NCBI GenBank assembly: GCA_036339875.1
Contig: JAYZAC010000045.1
Coordinates: forward strand, 1-37,978
Reading direction: 5' to 3'
Length of the DNA stretch: 37,978 nt
DNA from: a bacterium
GTDB taxonomy: Bacteria; Muiribacteriota; UBA6191
Under the pieces are notes generated by a model. The model did no database searches and was not told where the DNA came from. It was given only the letters and a program-made list of their open reading frames with translations. How positions within the stretch are numbered: the first letter of the stretch is position 1; each line of letters begins with the position of its first letter. Made by a program: the position numbers and the translations under genes. Positions 28,901 to 37,244 of the stretch are shown piece after piece.

Positions 28901-29071
28901 TATGGTCAAGAAAATTTTGAGAATTTTTGTACCAATAACAAATCGCTTAGCGCTCAGATCTTCGTAAACACCTTGAGTAATGAGCTGGACGAATTTCGAA
29001 ATGGTATTTTTCTAAGTGATGATATTACTTTTATAGTTATAAAAATAAGAGACAAGATAGCTAAGGTATAA
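25928..29071 (+). CDS. Membrane sensor HAMP + GAF-like + PP2C/SpoIIE (RsbU-like) phosphatase 1
   Basis: Two TM helices flanking a ~520-aa extracytoplasmic region; HAMP (PIMQL..DEIGRLGNNFNKM); GDYLD, IADVSGKG, SAGHN, YTDGVTE, SDDITFI. Start may instead be TTG 25907. Confidence 0.9.
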   Translation: MPNLDKARNKFKQSSTLSVTFVLFFILAVSLPILFLTRIGYDYYSQTVPVEQRKMFKEHAELAQAIDKNFRLYRKSLRDLNLQFYNHKVFKKIPGSTDSRLWMFDRSKKFQRELQDEDEVLDKLKRGYRFFEPIISNNFLRAQNVKKKDKRGIQDLEKFLSSKVASKSRKLKNSAFIKRRLKRRLSKYNKHNFTYKTHVWDQLDNNREVSKLPLSMQIYVWEQYISNDSGGFKFSDIDKLKSINTSRQYQLRKYLDRIPVHQIFDSKDTMLAWCFDELSSIFRDILVAEILGKEFLREDNNIDGFHRITGKDILNSRGKFIPLKIIMLDLEIYWDLLPANFSKSAYEQNKVASPLAIYCAIFDRSKSEKHYLDLLKSNRRTQYLSPISKKLDQFKENLATNGVNFSVVDSRSYLRRESKNISASITDLEFTPRTGYLHQDIENSNLSSVNFEENGDFVLVNELTRVLNQKTGEFTLRDKDLIGYLAKSLDKNEIYTPKFKHLLDLIIKTGKPLFFTYKIKGKPMLGSLFASSIIKDKLFFFSQSQSKLMTILQQRQTLIVSLIVLNLILVMILGRALSRRVVAPIMQLTDKISRMARGKYDDKVNFEQIDEIGRLGNNFNKMAEEIQEKLFMMRSIGAVNRLMNHDLARRTILKYILHLLSIRYHASFGLIGFFEGGLSANASEYSYWQDSQLDNELMSRVMETVASKLYPQDRTFKVLSRSELSNYQLPFNNAVSFYSSPESSVGSDSVEVIGVVFIANVDDALITALESEENYLIHPMYHLCNQAKTVVVKTLLDEIEGDTKKGQEIQESLMPVVDPDFCESLDIAHFFKGARGLAGDYLDFQLSEHKKLIHFSIADVSGKGIGPSLFGAKSKALMRVLTDKYPRKTGKVLSELNLNLCRDKQDSLFLTMFYCSIDLETLTLFYSSAGHNKMLLIRVNGELVHLNAKGIPAGLFSTAEYEAREIKLNVGDSIVLYTDGVTELENASQELYGQENFENFCTNNKSLSAQIFVNTLSNELDEFRNGIFLSDDITFIVIKIRDKIAKV

Positions 29072-32000
29072 ATGAAATTCATTCAAGTTTTTTTTGAGCA
29101 GAAGCTGTCTAGAAGGTTTGTTTTGTGGTTTTCGATCACATTAAGTTTTCCTATTCTAGGTCTGTTATTTTTCGCTATAAATTCTTTTAACGATAGACAA
29201 AAACTTCTCAATGGGCAGGTTACCGAGTACCAACAAGAGAGGGTTATAAAAATAGAAGATTTTTATAAAAACAACTTCTATAAGGGTTATCAAAAAGCGA
29301 TTCGCGGTGTTTTTAATAAGATTGACAATCAGTCGTTTGTTGAAGCCGATTTTAATCCAAATAATTACTTTTCAAAGACAGAATTGACTTCGCAATATAC
29401 TGCATATCATTACAATGAAATATTGCCTTATTTAGGAATTCAAATTGAGCCTGATTCAAAATATGTAAAAGAACTACATAGCAATGTTTTTCTACCGGTT
29501 CACTTCCTTAAATTACATTACTCAAGTTCAGATTGGCATGACTTCTATGATGGCCTAGCCTTATCGACAATTTCGGCTTTGGAGAAAGGCCGCTATGATG
29601 GCAACAAGGAACGTTTAAGTAATGAACTTCGAAATTTGTTTAGTCAATTAAGAATGATTAATGGGCTTAGGCAAAAATGGATCAGTAACAGAAGGTATCC
29701 AGATTACAATAGTCTTAAAGATAGCGATATTCTACCAGATATTAATTCGGTAAATTCCAGAGAACTTGGTGTTATTTTTAAGCCATATCCCAAATTTTCC
29801 AGATTCTTGTCTAACCAGGTGCTGGAAGGTTCACTCTTGAATGAGCTTCGGACTTCGATTAAATACCTATTAAAAAATCGATTCGAACTAATTGAAAAAA
29901 TCGTAAAAATGAAGGCTTCATACAATGAGGTTATCAAAGATTTACAGGATGATGAATTTCAAAAATTAAGTAATTTATGTAGTAATCAGCAAGATAATTT
30001 TCCAACTCGATCACTAAATTGTTTATCGATTGGTTTAGATTCGTTAAGTGTAGATACTAATTACAAAGCTGACATAACGCTACTCTTAGAAAACTATAAG
30101 AAAGTTCAATATCAGTTAGTTTCAAGATATGGCGAGGACTCCGATTTAAGAACTATCCTACGCAGAAATGGTTTTCAAGATGAAGTAGGATTTCTGAAAC
30201 AATACAAGGTTGATAATGGTCAGATTAATAAAGATCAAATTACTATTCTAAATCCTATTTTTTATTTATTAAAACTAAAATATGAAGGTTTTCGTGATTC
30301 TAAAAAAGATTGGCGCTCATTAGCTTTTCATAGTGACATATATAATTTACCGATTGAGAAAGTTTATGAGCTAAGATCAAAATTAAGCGATGTGGAAATT
30401 AAACCTTATGGCAAGCCTAGAAGTAATTCGTATGGTCCAGCTTATGTATCAGGATATCGAATTTTTAATAAGGCTATTCCTATAAATCAATGGGAGGAAG
30501 ATAGCTGGAAAGCCGTCATTAAACTCATACCAAATGATATTATTCCTTACAATATTACCGGTAATCTCTCAAGAAAATCTTCTAAAGTTCAGTTAGCCAA
30601 ACTCCTTTTAGAGGAAGATGTTCCCCAAACTCGTGATCGATTCAATGCACTGAAAGTAGGTGATGGTGACCTAGCTATGATTTGGCAGGTTTTGCCTTTT
30701 GAATTCGATTTCGAAGAATTTGTTATGGGTCATGGTCGGTTACCTGATGGTTACTTGATAGGTTTGATGGGTGATCATGGAGTCCGTCTTCAATTTTTTA
30801 GACTTTGGAACTCAAACTTAAAAGCATCGTCTAAGGAACATTTGAAGAGGTTATTGAATACAGAACTCGCAAAATCCTACTTTGAAATGATTCCAGACCA
30901 TATTCATGATGTAACCCCGGGAATCAATTATAGTAATGCTGGGCCGGAAGTTAAGAATTTAATTTTTTCATTATTTGTCTTTCGAGATGCTCTAAATGAT
31001 GAGCCAAAAAATGATGTAAATTTTTGGGACTTTTTGATTCATTATTTAGGTTTTGATAGCCCTTATCTATTACACAGAAATGAAACTTGGAACCGTTCAA
31101 CGAGCTTAAAAGTACTCGCTAAGGAAGAATTATTGAACGAGGGTAAAGTGATCAAAGATTATTACCTCCGTACTGAATTAAGTGAGATTCTTAAATCAGC
31201 TTCTAGTAAAGATGGTAATGGTCTTGAGGATGAATTTGAAGAATGGCTGAAAAATCCATTGGAGGCATTTTCGTTTGAGTACAAGCTAGATAATGGTTCG
31301 GTTCAACTTGGGACTATTGTGCTGGGTACTGATTTGACTAATTTTGCTTATTTTCTTTCGATGGATTCAGGAACGGCTTATCTTGAGAAAATTTTTCTTG
31401 AAAGGCTAATGGTAATGGTGTGTTTGCTGGCTTTAATTTTCAGCATAATTCTAGGAAAGCAGCTTGCAGGTCATGTTGTGACTCCAGTTAACCAGTTAAG
31501 TAGAAAAGTGACCGATTTTTCTAAGGGGAATCTTGACGAGCCAGTAGTTGTAAATCGTTCGGATGAGATAGGTCGAATGGCTTTTCATTTTAATGAAATG
31601 GTAGATAACATAGAAGGTAAAATTCATGAAATGGAGTCGATAAATAACTTGAATGATTCCTTACTGAGTGGAAGTTCACTATCTACTTTGATGGAACATG
31701 CCGTCGAAGAGTTTTGTAATGCTACCGGTGCTAAAGTAGGCTACCTTGGTTTTTTCGAACAGTTCTCTAAAGAAAAATTAATGGGTGCGGCTTCGTTTGG
31801 GATTGATGAGAATAAGCTAGAAGATTTAGAGCTTCGCATGAAGGTTCTAGTAAATAAGTTAGACGATGATGAGTTTCATTTTTTGCCATCGTATGCAGCT
31901 AAAAATTACGATTTAAGTGAATTATTTATTCTTAAAATTAGTCCACAATCTGAACCTTTGCAAGACGTGGCAGAGGTACTCAGTGAAATCTCAGAGAATG

Positions 32001-32896
32001 AGGATAACGAAGTTACAGTTCAGATTGAGGGATTTTTGGCTCTAGGTAATTTCGATAAAGAGGTCTTAAAAAAAGATAAACTAGATTTTTTGCATAGCTT
32101 TGCAAGTCAAACTGGTACAGTAATTTTGAAAGCTTACCTCGATAAAATTAAAAAAGATAACGAGGAAGGTCAAGATATCCAGCAGGGTCTGATGCCCTCG
32201 GAAGCCCCTGATTCAAGAGGTTTATTAGATATTTCGTTTTCTTTTGTTGCGGCTAAATACCTAGGCGGCGATTTTTACGACTTTGTAGAATTTAACGATT
32301 CGAACCATATCGGAATGGTGATTTCGGATGTTTCAGGAAAGGGTGTAGGACCGAGTTTATTTGGCACCACCTGCCAAGCCTACCTTCGTTTGTTAGCAAT
32401 TGACCCCAACAGTACAGGCGAAACTTTAGAATATATGAATGAGCGTTTATGTGAGAATAAGAATAATAGCCTATTCGCGACGGCATTTTATCTAACCATT
32501 AATCTTAATAATTTGAAAATGACCTATTCTTCAGCGGGTCATAATAAAATGTATCTATATCGAAAAAGAACCCATAGTATCGAATATTTATCGGCTAAAG
32601 GACTTGTCTTAGGGATGTTTACACCATGTGTATACGAAACTCAGGATTTACAATTAGAAGAGGGTGATTGGATCATACTGTATACGGATGGAATCACAGA
32701 GTTAGAAAATTCGACCTTGGAGCTCTATGGTATGGAGCGCTTCGAAAAGTTGCTTTTAGCAAATGTAGATAAATCTGCTGAGGATATGAAAGAGCTTATC
32801 ATAGAGGATTTAGAGCTTTATCGAGAATCGGTGGCGCCCTCAGATGATATAACTTTTATAGTGGCTAAGATTGTGGCTGAGGATTCAAATTCTTAA
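29072..32896 (+). CDS. Membrane sensor HAMP + GAF-like + PP2C/SpoIIE (RsbU-like) phosphatase 2
   Basis: Two TMs flanking ~740 aa; HAMP (PVNQL..DEIGRMAFHFNEM); GGDFYD, ISDVSGKG, SAGHN, YTDGITE, SDDITFI. ATG immediately follows the upstream TAA. Confidence 0.92.
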   Translation: MKFIQVFFEQKLSRRFVLWFSITLSFPILGLLFFAINSFNDRQKLLNGQVTEYQQERVIKIEDFYKNNFYKGYQKAIRGVFNKIDNQSFVEADFNPNNYFSKTELTSQYTAYHYNEILPYLGIQIEPDSKYVKELHSNVFLPVHFLKLHYSSSDWHDFYDGLALSTISALEKGRYDGNKERLSNELRNLFSQLRMINGLRQKWISNRRYPDYNSLKDSDILPDINSVNSRELGVIFKPYPKFSRFLSNQVLEGSLLNELRTSIKYLLKNRFELIEKIVKMKASYNEVIKDLQDDEFQKLSNLCSNQQDNFPTRSLNCLSIGLDSLSVDTNYKADITLLLENYKKVQYQLVSRYGEDSDLRTILRRNGFQDEVGFLKQYKVDNGQINKDQITILNPIFYLLKLKYEGFRDSKKDWRSLAFHSDIYNLPIEKVYELRSKLSDVEIKPYGKPRSNSYGPAYVSGYRIFNKAIPINQWEEDSWKAVIKLIPNDIIPYNITGNLSRKSSKVQLAKLLLEEDVPQTRDRFNALKVGDGDLAMIWQVLPFEFDFEEFVMGHGRLPDGYLIGLMGDHGVRLQFFRLWNSNLKASSKEHLKRLLNTELAKSYFEMIPDHIHDVTPGINYSNAGPEVKNLIFSLFVFRDALNDEPKNDVNFWDFLIHYLGFDSPYLLHRNETWNRSTSLKVLAKEELLNEGKVIKDYYLRTELSEILKSASSKDGNGLEDEFEEWLKNPLEAFSFEYKLDNGSVQLGTIVLGTDLTNFAYFLSMDSGTAYLEKIFLERLMVMVCLLALIFSIILGKQLAGHVVTPVNQLSRKVTDFSKGNLDEPVVVNRSDEIGRMAFHFNEMVDNIEGKIHEMESINNLNDSLLSGSSLSTLMEHAVEEFCNATGAKVGYLGFFEQFSKEKLMGAASFGIDENKLEDLELRMKVLVNKLDDDEFHFLPSYAAKNYDLSELFILKISPQSEPLQDVAEVLSEISENEDNEVTVQIEGFLALGNFDKEVLKKDKLDFLHSFASQTGTVILKAYLDKIKKDNEEGQDIQQGLMPSEAPDSRGLLDISFSFVAAKYLGGDFYDFVEFNDSNHIGMVISDVSGKGVGPSLFGTTCQAYLRLLAIDPNSTGETLEYMNERLCENKNNSLFATAFYLTINLNNLKMTYSSAGHNKMYLYRKRTHSIEYLSAKGLVLGMFTPCVYETQDLQLEEGDWIILYTDGITELENSTLELYGMERFEKLLLANVDKSAEDMKELIIEDLELYRESVAPSDDITFIVAKIVAEDSNS

Positions 32897-33109
32897 ATCA
32901 ATAAAATTACCAAGAGGTGCTTCAAAAAATCGTGCTCTTAACTTATCAAACTGCTGTAGTGCTTCTGAGTATATTCGAGAGAGTTTCTGATAAGGACGCT
33001 TGATTATTGACGGAATTTGTAAAGAATCTAAGGAGAATTCTCCACGACTCTTTGAGAAGTTTGACTGCAAATTATAGCGATTAAAAATTAGCTGTGAACC
33101 GACTTTCAT
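32885..33109 (-). CDS. Small hypothetical protein with C-terminal G-x-x-I-D-x-x-I motif
   Basis: 74-aa ATG ORF filling an otherwise empty gap; ends PLGNFIDLRI; overlaps the convergent phosphatase gene by 12 bp. Confidence 0.6.
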   Translation of the reverse strand: MKVGSQLIFNRYNLQSNFSKSRGEFSLDSLQIPSIIKRPYQKLSRIYSEALQQFDKLRARFFEAPLGNFIDLRI

Positions 33110-33215
33110 ACTCTTAATATGACAAAAAGTATCAATATTAGCAATATTTTGTATGAACTTTTTTTGTATTACTTATAATTATAGATATTATAAGCTTATC
33201 TGACTTTATTAAGGG

Positions 33216-33244
33216 TTGACGGATTATACAAAAGTTCTAATACT
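33216..33244 (+). promoter_or_regulatory. Putative sigma70 promoter for the 33301 gene
   Basis: TTGACG-17-AATACT in an AT-rich divergent intergenic region; AGGAG SD before ATG 33301. Confidence 0.4.
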
Positions 33245-33300
33245 ACATATGATAGGACATCTACGCCTTAAACCTAGATTATTAAAAATTAGGAGAGCTA

Positions 33301-34185
33301 ATGATTTTGGTAAAGTCAGTTTTGATTGTAATTTTGAGTATGCCATGCAGCTTACAAAGGGTTGCAGCTAGTGCTACAGATATGGCTGCTATGTTAACTA
33401 CATTTGCAAAAACGGGTCAGGAATACCAGAATCAAAGTAAACAGTTTGAGCAACAGAGGAAAGAACAACAATCAAAACTTAATGAAATTAATGCGGTCGC
33501 CAACAAGCAGACGGCAATGGCTGATATGACGAGTCCCTATGGGACAGGCGCAACTCCTCCTGTGGCAGCCGCAGGTTACCCGCTAACGGACCCTTACACG
33601 AACCCTCAATATTGGTCACAAAGGGGGCAGCAATTTAAGTTTAGTATGGATGTGGCGGCTAAGCGCTCAGACGCCATGAATAATATGGCTAAAATTCAGT
33701 TGGAGCAAGAAAAACAAAAGCAGAAAATGATGATGGAGGGAGTGGGAACTTTAATGAAATCAGCAGGTGGTTTAATGGGGCAAATGGCCGCTGACAAAAA
33801 GGCTGAGGAATTGAAAAATGCTCAGGAATTGGAAAAAAAATCGCAAGAGCCAACAATTGATCAACAAATCACAGCTAAAGAGAAACAACTTAGAAATTTA
33901 GAATTGGATGAGAAAATAAAAGAAAAATTAAATAAGAAGAATGGAAGTACAGACGACACTACTGGCACTTCCACAGGCGACACCACTGACACTTCTACAG
34001 ATACCACTAAGACTGAAACCAAAGACGAAGCTACGACCACCGAGAAGCCTGTAGCTACGACCGCAAATGATAAAGTAATCGAAACTGTACCGGAAGTCGT
34101 AATCGACGAGTCTGAACCAGCGAATAACGATGAACAAACACCGGATGCTAATAAAATTGCAAATGATGATAATAAGGCAGGTTAG
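33301..34185 (+). CDS. Secreted coiled-coil hypothetical protein with Thr/Asp/Glu-rich disordered tail
   Basis: AGGAG SD; hydrophobic N-terminus; Q/K/E-rich helices; STDDTTGTSTGDTTDTSTDTT low-complexity tail. Confidence 0.8.
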   Translation: MILVKSVLIVILSMPCSLQRVAASATDMAAMLTTFAKTGQEYQNQSKQFEQQRKEQQSKLNEINAVANKQTAMADMTSPYGTGATPPVAAAGYPLTDPYTNPQYWSQRGQQFKFSMDVAAKRSDAMNNMAKIQLEQEKQKQKMMMEGVGTLMKSAGGLMGQMAADKKAEELKNAQELEKKSQEPTIDQQITAKEKQLRNLELDEKIKEKLNKKNGSTDDTTGTSTGDTTDTSTDTTKTETKDEATTTEKPVATTANDKVIETVPEVVIDESEPANNDEQTPDANKIANDDNKAG

Positions 34186-34276
34186 GCGCTAATAAATCGT
34201 AAATCCTGCTTAAATTTTCTTAGTTTTTATGATTCAGGATAAGATCAAATGTTACACTGTAAGGAGTGAAATCCTT

Positions 34277-34486
34277 ATGAGTGAATCAAAAACCCTTAAT
34301 AAAGAACTTCAGCAAGACTCACCTGATGAGTCACCTACCAAGTTGAAAATTTCTAGCAAGCAGCCTAAATACTGGGCCGATGAGATGGCAGCTATTTATC
34401 AATTAGATTCACAAAAAACAGATAAAAATGAAGCAACAATAGCGGAGATGTATTATCGCCTCCGCAGTCGCGGCTTCACTCTTTAA
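34277..34486 (+). CDS. Small hypothetical protein
   Basis: AAGGAG SD 10 nt before ATG 34277 (preferred to 34229); fills the gap up to the convergent transporter. Confidence 0.6.
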   Translation: MSESKTLNKELQQDSPDESPTKLKISSKQPKYWADEMAAIYQLDSQKTDKNEATIAEMYYRLRSRGFTL

Positions 34487-34487
34487 T

Positions 34488-35966
34488 TTACTTTTCAGAT
34501 TCGGCTGGCTTCGCTTCTTGTTGCGTGACAGCTGATTTCTGACCTAGCACTTGGTCAAAGAAATTATTAACTGTATCTTTTTTAACAACCCCAGCTTCGA
34601 TCATAATAATTAAAATTATCACCGCGGGTGCAATGAAACGAGTAAATAATTCCCAAGGCTTGAAATGTAGTGAACTATTTTTGTTCATACCGAGGTGAAA
34701 TTGCTCAGTACGCAGTTTATCGCTGAGTGAGAACCCAACATAAAGAGCGATGGCAAGTCCGCCAATTGGGAGCATCCAGTTGGAAGCCAGATAATCCATT
34801 TTATCAAAGAAGTTTGTTTTACCCGCAATATCAAACATTGTGACTTCACCAAATACAGCTTTCCAAGCATCTGACGCACTCAGTGCGCTTGGTATGCCAA
34901 CAATCCAGATCGATAATGCCATTACATTTGTTGCCAACTTGCGGTCCCAACCTTTATCAATTAAAAATGCAACGGCAACTTCTAATAAGGAAATCGCTGA
35001 GGTGAGCGCCGCAAAGAAAACTAAAACAAAGAAGAATAATGTAACAAAATAGCCTCCGGGCATCTGAACCAGTGCTTGGGGCAGATTTACAAATAGTAAA
35101 CCGGGTCCGCCACCAAAGCTACTCTCCGTATTGGCAAACATGATAGACATGATAATGATACTGGCAACAAGAGCAATAACTGTATCCAGAATTGCAACCC
35201 ACATGCCAGCCTTAAAGAGATCAACTTTATTGTCTAGATAAGAGCCATATGTAAGCATTGCTCCCATACCAAGACTTAAGGTAAAAAAGGAGTGTCCAAG
35301 TGCTTCTAACACAGCAGCTCCTTCGATCTCATCTTTACCAGTAAAAAGATAGTTTAATGCTTCGCTGAAAGCTCCGTTTGGAAGACTTACACACCAGACT
35401 AGAATTAAAATTAACAGTACAAACAGTCCGGGCATGAGTAGATTGGTTGTACGCTCAATTCCTCCTTTTATGCCGCCTTTTACAACAAAATAGGTAATTG
35501 CCATAAAGAAGGTTGCCCAGAAAATATTAAGTCCAGGGGAGACATACAAATCGCCAAAAGTTTTACCAAATTGTTCCGGTTGCATACCGGCAAATGTATT
35601 GGTAGCAGCCAAAACTATATAGTGCATCACCCAACCAGCAACAACGATGTAGAAGGAAAGTACTACAAATGAAGCTGCCACACCAAGATAACCAATGAAT
35701 GCCCATGGAGTTCCTTTACCGGAAAGTTCTTCAACCGCTGCTACAGGACTTTTTTGGGTAGCTCTTCCGACCATCATTTCGGCAACAAGTACCGGGAGTC
35801 CCACAATTGCTATGCATAAAAGATAAATAAGTACAAATTTGCCTCCACCATTGTGATGAGCGATGTAAGGAAACTTCCAAATATTACCTAAACCAACAGC
35901 AGAACCTGCTGCCGCCAATACGAATGCTGTTTTTGATCCCCAATGTTCTCGGGCCTTTCCACTCAT
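34488..35966 (-). CDS. Sodium-dependent transporter, NSS/SNF (LeuT/MhsT-like) family
   Basis: REHWGSK, AGSAVGLGNIWKFPY, FFTLSLGMGAMLTYGSY, GPGLLF, FAALTSAISLLE; many TM helices; AAGGAG SD. Confidence 0.95.
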   Translation of the reverse strand: MSGKAREHWGSKTAFVLAAAGSAVGLGNIWKFPYIAHHNGGGKFVLIYLLCIAIVGLPVLVAEMMVGRATQKSPVAAVEELSGKGTPWAFIGYLGVAASFVVLSFYIVVAGWVMHYIVLAATNTFAGMQPEQFGKTFGDLYVSPGLNIFWATFFMAITYFVVKGGIKGGIERTTNLLMPGLFVLLILILVWCVSLPNGAFSEALNYLFTGKDEIEGAAVLEALGHSFFTLSLGMGAMLTYGSYLDNKVDLFKAGMWVAILDTVIALVASIIIMSIMFANTESSFGGGPGLLFVNLPQALVQMPGGYFVTLFFFVLVFFAALTSAISLLEVAVAFLIDKGWDRKLATNVMALSIWIVGIPSALSASDAWKAVFGEVTMFDIAGKTNFFDKMDYLASNWMLPIGGLAIALYVGFSLSDKLRTEQFHLGMNKNSSLHFKPWELFTRFIAPAVIILIIMIEAGVVKKDTVNNFFDQVLGQKSAVTQQEAKPAESEK

Positions 35967-36065
35967 AGTCTACTCCTTGGCTTGCTACGAATCTTTATTA
36001 TTAAGACACCATCATTTCGACTATAATATACAAGTTTAGTATAAAAAATCGATATTTTGTTAGTA

Positions 36066-37244
36066 TTAAATGGCTTCAAGCTGATATGTATTTTGAAGTA
36101 TATCAATCAGTCGCATACCTTCGGTAATAGCAGCAGATTGACAGACGTTGATTACAACTCCTGAGTTATGGGCCTCAATAACCTTTGTTTTACGGCCTAG
36201 ACATTGAGTGGGGCGATGTATTTCCAAAATTGGCTGCCCAGCTTCTACGCAGTTACCTGGATTTACAAGATACTCAACAAGTCCCGATTCCGGAGCACGG
36301 TATGAGATAAATTCATTCAGAGAACTAGCCCAGCTATAGGCGAAGCGATCTTCGCTGGATTCGAGAAAAGGTACCGATTTTATCCACTGTTCAAAATTCT
36401 TTTGAGTAATCATTTCTCGTTTCATCATGAAATGAAAAATACCTGCTAAATCATTGATTGCTGAGGCTGTACAGATTTTCTCTTCATTACCCAATTCCAA
36501 GGTGTAGGATTCCACTGGAATCTCGATTTCTTGGTTTATCTCACTCAGTTTATCTCTGAGATGAACCCATGGCATAAAACAGGCTTCATCCATGGCTCCG
36601 CCAAATTCAGGTGGAATTACAATAGAATATTCGAATCCAAGGTCAACAGATTTTGATGCAGTAAAGTCAGCTGTGTAAATGTATCTAGTAGAGCGGGGGC
36701 CCGTATGTAAATCAAGCATTAAATCAGCCTTTAAAGCTTCTAATTGGAGAGTCCAGGCTAGTTTTTTTGCTAGACTTAAGGAATATTTATTTTTTTCAGA
36801 ATCCAACTTTTGACTTAAAACTTCAATGCAGTAATTACGAAATAACTCTACCCAATTAGTTTGTTGCATCTGAGACAGGATTGATTCCCAATTCCATATG
36901 TCCTTGGTCCCTGCAGAAGGTAATTCAAGATAGTTCCGGTTCCAATTTTCTCTACTCACTGGATGATAGCGTCCTGCAGTAAATTCACCAATCTTATGGT
37001 TAAGCCCTATGGGATTTGCACAGGGAATACAGGTGACGCTACCCTTATGCAATAAGTCAGGCAGCTGCTTTATTAGTTCTTGAATGACCAAGTGGCCCTG
37101 CAATTCTGCACCATGAACACCAGATTGCAAATATAGTCGCGGTCCATCTTGTTCACTAACGAGTTCGAATTTATTTAATTCAATTGCCTGTCCATCAACA
37201 CTATGCGTCAATGGTATAAGGGTTTGATTCCAGTTTAGACTCAC
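36066..37244 (-). CDS. Succinylglutamate desuccinylase/aspartoacylase (M14-like Zn amidohydrolase) family protein
   Basis: GVHGAE (HxxE), ANPIG, NWNR, LDLHTG, TLELG; C-terminal barrel-sandwich-like RAPESGLV..G..V..GQ; GTGA overlap with the upstream gene. Confidence 0.88.
   Translation of the reverse strand: MSLNWNQTLIPLTHSVDGQAIELNKFELVSEQDGPRLYLQSGVHGAELQGHLVIQELIKQLPDLLHKGSVTCIPCANPIGLNHKIGEFTAGRYHPVSRENWNRNYLELPSAGTKDIWNWESILSQMQQTNWVELFRNYCIEVLSQKLDSEKNKYSLSLAKKLAWTLQLEALKADLMLDLHTGPRSTRYIYTADFTASKSVDLGFEYSIVIPPEFGGAMDEACFMPWVHLRDKLSEINQEIEIPVESYTLELGNEEKICTASAINDLAGIFHFMMKREMITQKNFEQWIKSVPFLESSEDRFAYSWASSLNEFISYRAPESGLVEYLVNPGNCVEAGQPILEIHRPTQCLGRKTKVIEAHNSGVVINVCQSAAITEGMRLIDILQNTYQLEAI

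Noticed and set aside
33945..34015. GACAC/ACCACT-rich quasi-repeat
   Set aside because: Encodes the Thr/Asp low-complexity tail; not a CRISPR array or regular tandem repeat.
20652..35052. Other short overlapping track ORFs (20652, 20713, 20883, 21464, 23768, 24466, 24668, 25148, 28447, 29704, 32292, 33928, 34685, 34840)
   Set aside because: All overlap better-supported genes and lack recognisable motifs or RBS.
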